Shown here: positions 25,407 to 35,719 of the stretch, piece by piece
How positions within the stretch are numbered: the first letter of the stretch is position 1
How the letters are laid out: the number at the start of each line of letters is the position of its first letter
NCBI GenBank assembly: GCA_965203805.1
Contig: OZ241917.1
Span: 1,664,001 to 1,728,000, forward strand
Origin: Candidatus Latescibacterota bacterium
GTDB lineage: Bacteria; Latescibacterota; UBA2968; GCA-2709665
Reading direction: 5' to 3'
Length of the DNA: 64,000 nt
Notes under the pieces: model-generated
Told to the model about the DNA's origin: nothing
Database searches by the model: none
Seen by the model: only the letters and a program-made list of their open reading frames with translations
Position numbers and translations under genes: made by a program

Positions 25407-27533
25407 ATGCGTCCCAAATCCGAAATCCTGGCTGTCGAACTGGTAGACGGCAACCGGATGGTGTATTATACGCGCGAAGGACGGGAGACCCATCCATTTT
25501 CGCCGTGGCTGCTGGTCGAGGCGCCGGAGGACTGCGACAGAGCCGGCCTCGAGGGCGTACGAAAAATCGCGCGTCTCAGGGGCGCGGGACAGCTTCGTTA
25601 TCTGGTCCAACTCCACTCCTGGAACGATTTTCTGGATGCCAGGGGAACACTGTCGGCAGACGGCATCACCCATTTCGACTTCAACAATCCCGTGAAGCAG
25701 CACCTGCTGCTTTCAGGAAACACGCTCTTTCGGGGCCTGCGTTACAACGAGACCCACCGGATGCAGCTGGATATCGAGACCACCGGCCTCAACCCCGAAG
25801 CCCCGGACGCGCGCATTATCCTGGTCGCGCTTTCCGACAACCGGAGCTACGAGGAGGTACTCGGCGCCGGGGAGATGTCCGAAGGCGCACTCCTCGAAGC
25901 CCTCAACCAGCGTATTCGAAGCCGCGATCCCGATATTGTCGAAGGCCACAACATATTCGACTTCGACCTCAACTATATCCGGGTCCGTGCGCGAGCCCTG
26001 AACATCGGCCTGCCCTGGGGTCGCGACGGCTCGGAACTGAAAGCCGGGAACGGCATGCGCCGGTACAGGGTCGCCGCCCGCAGCCGCACCTTTCGCCCGG
26101 CTTTTATCCACGGCCGTCACATCATCGACACCTATCATCAGGTCCAGCGATACGACATCGGCGGGCGTCTGGAGAGTTACGGCCTGAAAAACGTCATTCG
26201 TGCGCTGGGCCTGGAGCGCGCGGGCCGGGTGTTCGTCGAAGGAGCCGAAATCGGGAAGGCGTGGCGGACCGATCCCGGCCGGGTGGTGGACTATGCGCTG
26301 GACGACGTCCGCGACGTACGTGCGTTAAGCGAAATGGTCGCCACAACAGAATTCTACCAGACCCAGGTGCTGCCTTACCGGTTTCAGGAAGCCGCGATTA
26401 CCGGACCGGGCGAGAAGATCAACGCCCTGATGATCGGCGCCTATCTCAGGCGGGGCCTCGCCGTTCCGCGACCTCAGCGCTCGGAGCCGTTCGGGGGCGG
26501 ATATACCGAGTTGTTTGCCTCGGGCATTTTCAACCGGGTTGTCAAGGCCGACGTGGAGAGCCTCTACCCTTCCATCATGCTAAAGTACGGCATACGTCCC
26601 GGTTCCGATACGGAAAACGTGTTCCTGCCCATGTTGCAGCGCCTGACCGAGCGACGCCTCAAGGCCAAATCCAGCCTGAATGACGCCGAAACCGATGCCG
26701 ACAGGTCCTACTGGGACGGCGTTCAGGGAAGTTACAAGGTCCTGATCAACTCGTTCTACGGATACCTGGCGTACGGAAGGGCGAACTTCAATGACTACTC
26801 GGCGGCTGCGCGGATCACAAAACACGGCCAGCAGATTGCGCGGCAGCTTGTGGCAATGCTCAGGGAAAGGAACGCCGGGCTCATCGAAGCCGATACCGAC
26901 GGCGTGTATTTCGTCGTCCCCCCCGGGATCGATACGGAACGGGACGAGCACGACTTCGTTGACGCGCTGTCCGGAGAACTGCCGGAGGGCATTCACCTTT
27001 CCCACGACGGCAGGTTCCGGGGTATGATCAGCCTCAAAGCCAAGAACTACATTCTGATCGACTTCAGCGGACGCCTGATCATCAAGGGCAGCAGCTTGCG
27101 CAGCCGGCGTGATGAGCGTGTATTCCGTGAATTCGTCAGGAAACTCGCCCCGCTGTTGATCAACCGGCAGTCCGGCGCCGCGTCTGCCCTGTACATGGAA
27201 TTCGCCGACCGCCTTCAGGCGGGCCAATTCGACCGCGGGGAATTCTGTCGCAGGGAAACCGTTACGGAGAAGACATTCGCGAATCCGAACCTGCGCCGGC
27301 TGGCGGCTGCCGCGGAGGGATGTGAAGCGGGGGAAAGGATTGCCGTCTATCAGAAAGATGACGGCAGCCTCGCGCGAATCGAAAACTACGCGAATGATGA
27401 AGACCGGGGCTATCTTCTGCGACGACTGCACGACATGGCCGGGCGCTTCCGCGGCCTCTTCGGCGAGACCGAATTCGATCGGCTCTTTCCACTCCGGAAA
27501 CAATCCGCGGGTGAACAGCTCAGTCTGTTCTAG
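25407..27533 (+). CDS. Family B DNA polymerase with 3'-5' exonuclease and C-terminal beta-clamp motif
   Basis: Exo LDIET, GHNIFDFD, YALDD; Pol DVESLYPSIM, KVLINSFYG, ADTDG; ends QLSLF. Confidence 0.95.
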   Translation: MRPKSEILAVELVDGNRMVYYTREGRETHPFSPWLLVEAPEDCDRAGLEGVRKIARLRGAGQLRYLVQLHSWNDFLDARGTLSADGITHFDFNNPVKQHLLLSGNTLFRGLRYNETHRMQLDIETTGLNPEAPDARIILVALSDNRSYEEVLGAGEMSEGALLEALNQRIRSRDPDIVEGHNIFDFDLNYIRVRARALNIGLPWGRDGSELKAGNGMRRYRVAARSRTFRPAFIHGRHIIDTYHQVQRYDIGGRLESYGLKNVIRALGLERAGRVFVEGAEIGKAWRTDPGRVVDYALDDVRDVRALSEMVATTEFYQTQVLPYRFQEAAITGPGEKINALMIGAYLRRGLAVPRPQRSEPFGGGYTELFASGIFNRVVKADVESLYPSIMLKYGIRPGSDTENVFLPMLQRLTERRLKAKSSLNDAETDADRSYWDGVQGSYKVLINSFYGYLAYGRANFNDYSAAARITKHGQQIARQLVAMLRERNAGLIEADTDGVYFVVPPGIDTERDEHDFVDALSGELPEGIHLSHDGRFRGMISLKAKNYILIDFSGRLIIKGSSLRSRRDERVFREFVRKLAPLLINRQSGAASALYMEFADRLQAGQFDRGEFCRRETVTEKTFANPNLRRLAAAAEGCEAGERIAVYQKDDGSLARIENYANDEDRGYLLRRLHDMAGRFRGLFGETEFDRLFPLRKQSAGEQLSLF

Positions 27534-28831
27534 TCCTGTCCCAAAAACACCTCACCATGCTTCCGCCTGCCTGCGCAGTGCCCTGCGCTGCAGGCAGGCC
27601 GAACCATCCCCTCTCGCCGGCTTCCCACGTGCTTCCAGAGTACCACTCCCAGCAAACATCCGGAGATTGCGGGTACAAGCGCCGTCAGTGCGGCGCCGTG
27701 GAAATGGTGCGCCAGAATTCCGGCGGCCGTTCCCGCCACGACGAGAATCACCATCAAAACCAATGCTCGACCCTGCCTGTGGGCGGCGAGCAGGGCGGTA
27801 TGCGCCAGGCCGCACAACACGAAAGGCGGCACGCACCAGACCAGCAGCCTTGCGTACGGCACCGATGGCGTATAGGCGTGGCCCAGAAGCCAGGATACCG
27901 CCGGGCCCAACATCACGTGAACGACGGCTGAAACGGCGACGGCAAGGCCCGTCAGCGTCACCGCGGACCGGACGGCCAGTTTCAGGAACGCCTGCCGATC
28001 GGAAAGCCGGGTGCTCAGGGCGGGCAGGACGGCCTCGAAACTCGCTCCGATCAGAATGAGCAGCGCCGCCGCCAGCCGGTACCCCACGGCCAGATACCCT
28101 GCTTCCGCGCCGCCACCGGTCTGATAATACATCGTGAGGTAATTCAGATTCAACAGATTGATGAGGAAATACACCGCGGGCAGGTGTTTCAATCCGTCCA
28201 CGAACCGGCGCCGATTGAGTCCGGTGAGAAGAAACGGACCGACTCTACACCCCACCCGCCGGACAGAGACGAACCCCGCCCCGAAATACAATGCGCGAGA
28301 GACCAGGTAGCACAACCCGACGCCCACAAGATCCCAACCCGCCATCATCGCGCCGATCCCGCCTGCCAGCAGCAGGATGTTGGCTCCGAGCATAAGCACG
28401 GCGCAGGTTGCGGATCTCTGAAGGCCCTTGAACACGGCAACGAGCCCGTCCCCCATGCTCATCAATACCGTCGAACCGCCCACGAGGAGTACGGCCAGCG
28501 TCACATCCGATCCGGTCTCGAACGCGCGGGCGGCCAGCAGCATAATCGCCAGCACCGGGGTCGCCAGCGCCAGCTTCAACGACAGGGCCTCGGAGCACGC
28601 GGTCCGACCCGCTGTCAGGCTCGAGGCCGAGGCCTTGATGACCCGGTTGTTCGATCCCGCGTCCAGGAGCGGAACGAAAAAAGCGGTCAGCCCAACGACA
28701 AAGACGTAGTCGGCCAGCCCGCTTTCCCCAAGAAGGCGCGCCACACCCACCAGAAGCAGCATCCCTCCAAGCAGGTGAGCGCCTTTCTCCACCGTGATAA
28801 AGATCGAGTTTTCCGAAACCCGCGCCAACAT
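27530..28831 (-). CDS. Wzx/MOP-family oligosaccharide flippase
   Basis: About 12 TM segments, ARLLG..G...Y, LLDAG, AGYLAVGYRL; start after a GGGAGG RBS. Confidence 0.8.
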   Translation of the reverse strand: MLARVSENSIFITVEKGAHLLGGMLLLVGVARLLGESGLADYVFVVGLTAFFVPLLDAGSNNRVIKASASSLTAGRTACSEALSLKLALATPVLAIMLLAARAFETGSDVTLAVLLVGGSTVLMSMGDGLVAVFKGLQRSATCAVLMLGANILLLAGGIGAMMAGWDLVGVGLCYLVSRALYFGAGFVSVRRVGCRVGPFLLTGLNRRRFVDGLKHLPAVYFLINLLNLNYLTMYYQTGGGAEAGYLAVGYRLAAALLILIGASFEAVLPALSTRLSDRQAFLKLAVRSAVTLTGLAVAVSAVVHVMLGPAVSWLLGHAYTPSVPYARLLVWCVPPFVLCGLAHTALLAAHRQGRALVLMVILVVAGTAAGILAHHFHGAALTALVPAISGCLLGVVLWKHVGSRREGMVRPACSAGHCAGRRKHGEVFLGQD

Positions 28832-28907
28832 CCCCTCCCATGCCACCAGAAACACGAAAAGCAGGTCAATGCCTGCTTTTCGTGTCACTGAACCGCGTGA
28901 TAATTCC

Positions 28908-29627
28908 TCACAATTCAAACCCGAGACGGTCGTCCACGCGTATCGTTACGGTATCCGGTTCGCTGGTGATTGCGCCTTCCGCAACGAGGACATCGTCACG
29001 GACGCGCAATTCAAAAACAAAATCGGCAGGAGCGACGGCCCGGAAGATGGGCATGCTGTTCGCTGCGTCGAAATCGACCCCAGGGCCGTCCAACTGTGTC
29101 CACATGTACCGGAGCGGGTCCCGTTCCGGGTCCGAACTGCCGGCGCCGTCCAGTGTCACCTGGAGTCCGCTCGAATAGGCGATGGTGCGATCCATGCCCG
29201 CATCCGCCACGGGCGGGCCCTGGGTGACGTGAATTTCAACCATCCCTTCCGTTTTGGCGCCGGATTTCCCGTCGTCCACCTCAACCTTGAGCGTATAGAC
29301 GCCCACGACTACCGGCGCAATCCAGACGACAGTCACCGAATCCTGAAAAAGCCCCCTCAACGAATCCAGCTTGCTTTCATCGAAGAGGCCGCCCTCCTCG
29401 TTTTTGAGGTCCGTCCAGAGATAGTCCAGTTCGTCGTTATCCGCGTCGTTCGTGAGAAGCGTAATTCTGACCTCGCTTCCCCGCCCTACGGATGGATGGT
29501 CGTCCTGGTCGGTGGTAAGCGCGACAATCTGCGGCTGTTCCTGTCTGTCCAGGAGACCACATCCCGCAAGAGCAACCAGGCAGGCCGACGCCAACGTCCA
29601 GCGCACGATATCCCTCAGAAGCGTCAT
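28908..29627 (-). CDS. Lipoprotein with PKD/Ig-like domains
   Basis: Lipobox LAGC; DADNDELDYLW, PVADAG.D, LDGAGSSDPERDPLRYMWTQ. Confidence 0.8.
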   Translation of the reverse strand: MTLLRDIVRWTLASACLVALAGCGLLDRQEQPQIVALTTDQDDHPSVGRGSEVRITLLTNDADNDELDYLWTDLKNEEGGLFDESKLDSLRGLFQDSVTVVWIAPVVVGVYTLKVEVDDGKSGAKTEGMVEIHVTQGPPVADAGMDRTIAYSSGLQVTLDGAGSSDPERDPLRYMWTQLDGPGVDFDAANSMPIFRAVAPADFVFELRVRDDVLVAEGAITSEPDTVTIRVDDRLGFEL

Positions 29628-29837
29628 GGCGGGCGAGACATCCCCTTTGACCAGGTTCGCCCTGGGTTTCAACGAGACAGTGTCACGAAGGGACTGGATC
29701 ACCAGTTCAAACTCTCTGGCCGCAAAGGAGTTCCATCAAACGGCCGGGGCATCCGCGTGAGCCGGTGCTGATTCGGCCGCGGGGCCGGACAACATCGGCT
29801 GATTGGACGCCGAACCGCACTTTCGAATGCGGGAAAC

Positions 29838-30470
29838 TCAGTCGCTTTCCGTTAACAACATCGTCAGGTCCGGGAGCAGTTTCTTCGGGAGGCCCTGGTC
29901 GGTCCCGTCGTAGTAGGCCCGAACCCGCCCCTTCTTGTCCACCAGCGCAAAGCGCAGGCTGTGCATGATCTGGTCCGTGCCTTCTTCCACCCCTCCCACG
30001 CCCAGTTGAAAGCCTTCGCGTATGACGGCGTACACCCGGGGTTTTTCACCCGTCAGAAACAGCCAGCGATTCTCGTCCGCGAGATAACGGTCGGCGTACT
30101 CGGAAAGCACTGGAGGCGTATCCCGTTCCGGATCCACCGAAAAAGACACCAGCCGGGCGTCCTTGTATTTCCTCAGCGGCGCCTGAAGCGCTTGCATATT
30201 GGCCGACAGCAGCGGGCACGGACCCGCGCAATGAGTGAAGATAAAGTCCGCAACCCAGACCCGGCCAAGCAGATCCGAAAGACCCATTTTCCTGCCGCTG
30301 CGTTCCAGGAGAGCAAACTCCGGGACCTGGCTCAGAACCGGCAGGCGCTGCGATTGCGCCCGTATGGCCTTTACTTCGCGCAGGAACAGAAACGCCCCCA
30401 CGGTCAGCATCAAGAGAGTCGCACCAGCGAGCACCAGCCAGAAAACACGGACCTGTCGGGGTACGCCCAT
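29838..30470 (-). CDS. SCO1/SenC copper chaperone
   Basis: FIFTHCAGPCP, SVDPERDTP, HS.RFALVD. Confidence 0.95.
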   Translation of the reverse strand: MGVPRQVRVFWLVLAGATLLMLTVGAFLFLREVKAIRAQSQRLPVLSQVPEFALLERSGRKMGLSDLLGRVWVADFIFTHCAGPCPLLSANMQALQAPLRKYKDARLVSFSVDPERDTPPVLSEYADRYLADENRWLFLTGEKPRVYAVIREGFQLGVGGVEEGTDQIMHSLRFALVDKKGRVRAYYDGTDQGLPKKLLPDLTMLLTESD

Positions 30471-30475
30471 CGGTT

Positions 30476-31285
30476 TTACCGCGCTCCTTCCCGTCGTCTG
30501 ATCACACCCAGGGAAATGCTCAACGTCGCCAGAACAAACAGACACGTCACCAGAAGGCATGCCTCCGGCGACGGAACCCGTCCCGTCAGTTCAGGCGCTT
30601 CGAGATACAGCGTGTGCCGGACCCCGGCGACGCCGTACGTCAACGGATTGATCCGCATCACCCACGCGAGCCATTCCGGCACGCCGGAAAGCGGAAACAA
30701 TGCCCCGGAAAGCGCCCACATCGGCAACAGGAAGAGGTTCATAATGGCATGGAAACCGGCCGTGGACGCCATACGCCACGCAATTGCGAAACCCAGGCCC
30801 GTCAGCGCCAGACCCACAAGAAACAGAAATGCCACCGTTGCCACGAGAGAAACAGGGCTGACCGGAATGTCCAGTTGGAATACGAACAACAGGAACACCG
30901 CCCCTTCCAGCACCGCCAGCGTCGTACCCCCCAGTACCTTGCCGATAACGACACCGCTCCTGGAAACGGGTGCGACAAGCACGGATTGCATGAATCCCTC
31001 TCTCCGGTCCTCGACCACCGAAATTGTGGAGAAGATGGCCGTAAAGAGCAAGACCATCAACAGCGCGCCAGGATAGATGTATTCCAGGTAACTCATCGTG
31101 CCGGCCATCCCTGCGGGCGCGAAAGACGCGCTCATTCCAATGCCCAGCAGCAGCCAGAACACAAATGGCTGCAGGATCGCGCCAAGCAGACGGTGCCGGT
31201 CCCGGACGAATCGCACGAGTTCCCGCCGCCACAGCGTTGCCGCCGGAAGGAAGAACCCTTCACCGCGCCTCACGTCATCCGGCAT
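30476..31285 (-). CDS. ABC-2 type transporter permease
   Basis: YIYPG, EDRREG...LVAPVSR, LSGALFP, NPLTY. Confidence 0.9.
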   Translation of the reverse strand: MPDDVRRGEGFFLPAATLWRRELVRFVRDRHRLLGAILQPFVFWLLLGIGMSASFAPAGMAGTMSYLEYIYPGALLMVLLFTAIFSTISVVEDRREGFMQSVLVAPVSRSGVVIGKVLGGTTLAVLEGAVFLLFVFQLDIPVSPVSLVATVAFLFLVGLALTGLGFAIAWRMASTAGFHAIMNLFLLPMWALSGALFPLSGVPEWLAWVMRINPLTYGVAGVRHTLYLEAPELTGRVPSPEACLLVTCLFVLATLSISLGVIRRREGAR

Positions 31286-32216
31286 TTCCGCCCTCCCCCG
31301 TCGCGAACGGACGCCCCGTCTCCCGGATGAACACATCCTCCAATGTGGGCCTTCCCAGTCTGATTGCAGAAATCCGTTCCCGGAAACCGGCGTACAGTGA
31401 CGCCATCATTGCCTGCCCGTCTTCACACTCAATACGCAACGTGCCGTCAACAACGACGGTGGAAGTGCTCACACGGGCTTCGATATCGGCTCTGAGCGCC
31501 TCTGTATCTTCTGCTTCGATCACCAGGACGTCTTTGTTCATCGAACGCTTCAGCGCCTCCGGCGCGCCCTCCGCGACCAGCCGCCCCCGATCCAGAATAC
31601 CCACGCGGTCGCACCGCTCCGCTTCCTCGATGAAATGCGTGGTCAACAGCACCGTGACACCCCTCTCCCCCCGCAGTTTCCGGAGATCGTCCCACATCGC
31701 CCTGCGAGCCAGCGGGTCCAATCCGCTGGAGGGTTCGTCGAACAACAGCAGCTCCGGTCCGTGCAACAGTCCTCTCGCCAGGTCCACCCGCCTTCGAAGT
31801 CCGCCGGAGAGGTCCTCGGTCCGGTCGTCCCTGCGATCCGCCAGGCGCACCGTGCGGAGCACCGATTCGATCCGCTCCTGAAGGAATCGTCCTCGCAGGC
31901 CGTATAAATGGCCCTGGTGGCGCAGGTTCTCGAAGGCAGTCAGCTTGAGGTCCAGGCTGGCATGCTGAAACACGACCCCGATGCGCGCCCGTATTCCCGC
32001 CGCATCCCGCAACGGATCGCGTTCCAATACCCTTACCGTGCCGTCGGTGGGTTCGAGAAGTGTGGCAAGAATGCGGAAAAGCGTCGTTTTACCTCCGCCG
32101 TTCGGGCCGAGCATGCCATAGACTTCCCCCTTCTCAATTCGAAGATCGATCCCGTCCAGCGCAATCCGATCGCCGTAACGATGTCGCAATCCGGCAACGG
32201 CTATGGCAGGCGACAC
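31275..32216 (-). CDS. ABC transporter ATP-binding protein (DrrA-like)
   Basis: GPNGGGKTT, LSGG, DEPSSGLD, TTH, PTLEDVF. Confidence 0.95.
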   Translation of the reverse strand: MSPAIAVAGLRHRYGDRIALDGIDLRIEKGEVYGMLGPNGGGKTTLFRILATLLEPTDGTVRVLERDPLRDAAGIRARIGVVFQHASLDLKLTAFENLRHQGHLYGLRGRFLQERIESVLRTVRLADRRDDRTEDLSGGLRRRVDLARGLLHGPELLLFDEPSSGLDPLARRAMWDDLRKLRGERGVTVLLTTHFIEEAERCDRVGILDRGRLVAEGAPEALKRSMNKDVLVIEAEDTEALRADIEARVSTSTVVVDGTLRIECEDGQAMMASLYAGFRERISAIRLGRPTLEDVFIRETGRPFATGEGGNAG

Positions 32217-32313
32217 TGAGACTCCTTACCGAAAATCTTCATGATCCTAAAAGAGAAAGGTGATAGGCTACCCCTATCACCCGAAACGACGTGGTTTGCG
32301 GCGCCCCATCCCA

Positions 32314-33216
32314 TTACAGGAACGTATCGAACAGCAGGGCGATCCAGAGCAGAGGCAGATAAACAAGCGTCGTGCGCAGCAGCCGTCTCGCGTTCCGCTC
32401 CGACCGGGTACCGGCGAACGTGGTTACGGAATACAGGAGGCAGAGTCCCGCGGCCGCAGCCGCGGCGGCATAGACCGCACCACACAGACCCGCCAGCCAA
32501 GGAAGCACGGAACAGGCCAGCAGGACCGCGCTGTAGATGGCGATCTGTCCGGCCGTTCGCCGGCCGGCCGGATCGTCCGTGGATATCATCTTGAATCCGC
32601 CGCGCACGTAGTCCTCCCTGTAGATCCAGGCAATGGAGAAAAAGTGCGGAAACTGCCAGAAAAACACGATACCGAAGAGCATCCACGCGCCGCTGCCGAT
32701 CTCTCCCTGCGCCGCGGCCCAGCCGCCCATGGGCGGCAACGCCCCCGCAACGGCGCCAACGGCGGTGTTGTGCGTGGACACCCGTTTCAGGGGCGTATAC
32801 GCGAACAGATAGATTACCGAGGTCAACGCCGCGAGTAGACCGGCAAGCCAGTTAATCTGCAGCCCCATATAGAGGATGCCGGTTCCCGACAGCAGGAGCC
32901 CGAACAAATAGGCTTCTTCGGGATAAAGGCGGCCGGCAGGCAGGGGCCTGCTCGCGGTACGTTCCATACGGGCATCCATCTTCCGTTCCAGGAACTGGTT
33001 CAGCACCGCCGACCCGCTCGCGATCAGGACCGTCGCCAGCAGTGTGTGCAGAAGCCGGGAAACCTCGAAGACACCGGCCGAACCCAGAACGAACCCAACC
33101 GTTGTGCTCAAGACGACAAAAACGGTGATTTTGGGCTTGGTGAGGGTCAGATAATCCAACAGGCGCGCCCGCGACAGTGCGGGACTCGCCGCCCCGGTTT
33201 CAACCCGCGGTTTCAT
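32314..33216 (-). CDS. ctaB: Protoheme IX farnesyltransferase (heme o synthase)
   Basis: LTKP.I, D.RMERT..RPLP, YTPLKR, WQFPHF. Confidence 0.95.
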   Translation of the reverse strand: MKPRVETGAASPALSRARLLDYLTLTKPKITVFVVLSTTVGFVLGSAGVFEVSRLLHTLLATVLIASGSAVLNQFLERKMDARMERTASRPLPAGRLYPEEAYLFGLLLSGTGILYMGLQINWLAGLLAALTSVIYLFAYTPLKRVSTHNTAVGAVAGALPPMGGWAAAQGEIGSGAWMLFGIVFFWQFPHFFSIAWIYREDYVRGGFKMISTDDPAGRRTAGQIAIYSAVLLACSVLPWLAGLCGAVYAAAAAAAGLCLLYSVTTFAGTRSERNARRLLRTTLVYLPLLWIALLFDTFL

Positions 33217-33236
33217 CAGTCAAAGACCTCCAGCAC

Positions 33237-34229
33237 TCAGCGGTCAGCGTGTAATGATGCGATACCGGAACTGCGCGCGGCGTCCATCCGCAATACGCGA
33301 AGCGTCTGCACCAGGCTGGTTCCCAGCACCGCGGCGCCTACGACCACGTGCATCGTCGTGATCGCGACACCCTTGCCGGTCCAGATCACCAGGGCCCCCA
33401 ACGCGAGCTGAACAAGAAGCAGCGCAAGCAACGCCACGGAGGGCCTCGTCAGTTCGGGTCGGTTCCCGTGGGCGCGCAGGACACGGCACGCGGTCCAGAC
33501 CAGAACAACGGACACGACAACTGCCCACGCCCGATGGGCAAAGTGGATGGCCACTCGGGTCCGGAACGTGTCGATCGAGATGGGAAACGGGTCCGTTGCA
33601 TCGACAGTCAATTCCGAAAAGGGCGGAATCAAGCGGCCGAAGGAAAGCGGAAAATCGGGAATGGCCAGGCCGGATTCGGTATGCCGCATCAGCGCGCCGA
33701 GGACCAACTGAATGAAAACCACCGCCGTGCCGGCCGCTGCCAGCCATTTCAGCGGCACCCCGCCCGCCTCCGGCAATGGCTCCGCGGCCCCCTTCCAGCC
33801 AGCCGACGTAAATAGCGCGATGCCCACGGTCAGGCAGAAAAAGGCCTGCGCCAGGCAGGCGTGGCTTATGGAGATCCACGTGGGCAGGAGATAGAGCACC
33901 GTCAGGCCGCCCAGCAACCCCTGCAGGACAACCGCGGCCAGGGCCGCCACACCCAGGTTCCGCAACCAGCGCCGTTCTTCCCGGCGCCACAGCCAGATGG
34001 CGAGAACCGCGGTCAGCACCCCCACGAATGTCGCCACCATCCGGTGGCCGTGTTCGTAGAATATTCCGCCGACCATGGGCGGAAATACCATACCGTAGGA
34101 TAGCGGCCAGTCCGGAACCGCCAGTCCCGAACCCGTACTGCTGACCATCGCGCCGGCGAAAATTAAAAAAAGGGTCGCGCCGGCCGTGAACACGGAAAAA
34201 CGGTGCAACCAGCGATACCCCTGCGACAT
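33237..34229 (-). CDS. ctaA: Heme A synthase (COX15/CtaA)
   Basis: GSGLAVPDWP, YEHGHR, QGLLGG, H..LAQ, HFAHR; start at MSQGY. Confidence 0.9.
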   Translation of the reverse strand: MSQGYRWLHRFSVFTAGATLFLIFAGAMVSSTGSGLAVPDWPLSYGMVFPPMVGGIFYEHGHRMVATFVGVLTAVLAIWLWRREERRWLRNLGVAALAAVVLQGLLGGLTVLYLLPTWISISHACLAQAFFCLTVGIALFTSAGWKGAAEPLPEAGGVPLKWLAAAGTAVVFIQLVLGALMRHTESGLAIPDFPLSFGRLIPPFSELTVDATDPFPISIDTFRTRVAIHFAHRAWAVVVSVVLVWTACRVLRAHGNRPELTRPSVALLALLLVQLALGALVIWTGKGVAITTMHVVVGAAVLGTSLVQTLRVLRMDAARSSGIASLHADR

Positions 34230-34258
34230 TGCGATATCCACTTCCGTCCGGCCTGTCC

Positions 34259-34531
34259 CTATTCCGCGTCGGCGGCAAGCCATTTGCCGTTCATACCGAG
34301 AATTCCCGGTTGTCGTTTTGAATGACGTCGCGCGCGGCGCATCCAGAAGATCGCCACACCCACAATTCCCACCAGCACGGACACGATAATACCCATGAGC
34401 ACCAGAACCCCGGCCGCCGCGCCCTTTGCCATATCCGATTCCGGATTCCCGTAACACACGGCGCAAGCCTGAAGGGTCTCGGGAATCATCAGGGCCCCGG
34501 TGACAGCCGCTGCAAACCAATCACGCCTCAC
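34259..34531 (-). CDS. Small membrane protein with CxxC (ACAVCYG) motif
   Basis: GTG overlaps the upstream TGA; signal-like N-terminus, CAVC, one TM helix. Confidence 0.7.
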   Translation of the reverse strand: MRRDWFAAAVTGALMIPETLQACAVCYGNPESDMAKGAAAGVLVLMGIIVSVLVGIVGVAIFWMRRARRHSKRQPGILGMNGKWLAADAE

Positions 34532-34734
34532 AGATAACTCCATCCCTTGAGCTTCTTCAGAAACCAGAGGCCGTACCACACCAGGACGACGCACCCCGCG
34601 AATGAACCGACGCCAAGTACGAGATTCGTCCCGTTGCCGGTCGCGGCGTAATCCTGAACCGCCCAGATCCCAAAACCCAGACAGCAGAGTATTGACACAA
34701 TGACAAAGACCACGTGGAATGCCTTGAGAGACAT
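34528..34734 (-). CDS. Small two-TM oxidase-operon protein
   Basis: MSLKAFHVVF.., two hydrophobic helices, operon position. Confidence 0.75.
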   Translation of the reverse strand: MSLKAFHVVFVIVSILCCLGFGIWAVQDYAATGNGTNLVLGVGSFAGCVVLVWYGLWFLKKLKGWSYL

Positions 34735-34747
34735 CGCGTTCTCCGCT

Positions 34748-35065
34748 TCAAGACTCGCTGGTCAACGCGCCCACGCCCGAGAATTCCGTAACGGACGGAA
34801 GCAGCATCAGGGCGGCAAAAAAGACGACCGTCAGCGCCAGTACCCAGAAGATAATCTGCTTTTCGGACACCAGATGCATGAAATACCCGGCAACCAGCCC
34901 GCCTTTGATACTCGCGATGAACAGCGCGATCAGGACCGTAGCCGCCACCGACTCGATCTTGAGATAGGAGACGCCAACCGTCACGACCGTGAGCACAGCC
35001 AACGCGGCAAACACCAGAATGTAGACCCGAACATGCTTCCTGATCTCTTCAGCGCTTTCAGCCAT
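34748..35065 (-). CDS. Cytochrome c oxidase subunit IV family protein
   Basis: Y..VF.AL.VLT, IA.IKG.LVA.YFMHL. Confidence 0.9.
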   Translation of the reverse strand: MAESAEEIRKHVRVYILVFAALAVLTVVTVGVSYLKIESVAATVLIALFIASIKGGLVAGYFMHLVSEKQIIFWVLALTVVFFAALMLLPSVTEFSGVGALTSES

Positions 35066-35075
35066 GCCATGCTCC

Positions 35076-35675
35076 TTACAGCAGGTAAAGAATCGGGAAC
35101 AGGAAGATCCAAACCAGATCCACGAAGTGCCAGTAGAGACCGGCACACTCGATCCGGTTGGCAAACTGCTCGGGCGCCGTATGCCAGAGCTTGCTTCCCG
35201 GGAACAACAGGTAGAGATTCACGATAATGCCGCCCACCACGTGAAGCCCGTGCAGGCCGGTCATCGTAAAGTACGTGGCGTAGAACGTGTTGGTGGACGG
35301 AAAGATGCCAAGATGGAATTTGTGGGTGTATTCGAAATACTTGATGACCAGGAACACGAAGGCCAGCAGTACCGTCAGCCCCAGATAGAGTTTGAACCTG
35401 CCGAAGTTGTCCATTTTCAGGGATGCCCAGGACATCACCATGGTCACACTGGACGCGATGAGCACGAACGTATTCAGCGTGGCCAGCGGTACATTCAACA
35501 GCTCCGAACCCTGAGGCCAGCTGGGCGCGCCCACCCTGAGCAGGACCAGCGTTGAAAACAGCGCGCCGAACAGCATCACCTCGGACGCCAGGAACAACCA
35601 GATCCCGAATTTTCCGTTATACACCCCTGTAATCGGATGCGGCTCCACCGTGTGGGGAATTTCTTCAACGGACAC
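35076..35675 (-). CDS. ctaE: Cytochrome c oxidase subunit III
   Basis: WLFLASEVMLFG, TGLHGLHV, YWHFVDLVW. Confidence 0.95.
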   Translation of the reverse strand: MSVEEIPHTVEPHPITGVYNGKFGIWLFLASEVMLFGALFSTLVLLRVGAPSWPQGSELLNVPLATLNTFVLIASSVTMVMSWASLKMDNFGRFKLYLGLTVLLAFVFLVIKYFEYTHKFHLGIFPSTNTFYATYFTMTGLHGLHVVGGIIVNLYLLFPGSKLWHTAPEQFANRIECAGLYWHFVDLVWIFLFPILYLL

Positions 35676-35719
35676 CGTGTGTCTCCTTTACGTTTGTAGC
35701 GGACGGGCCGCCCGGTTCG

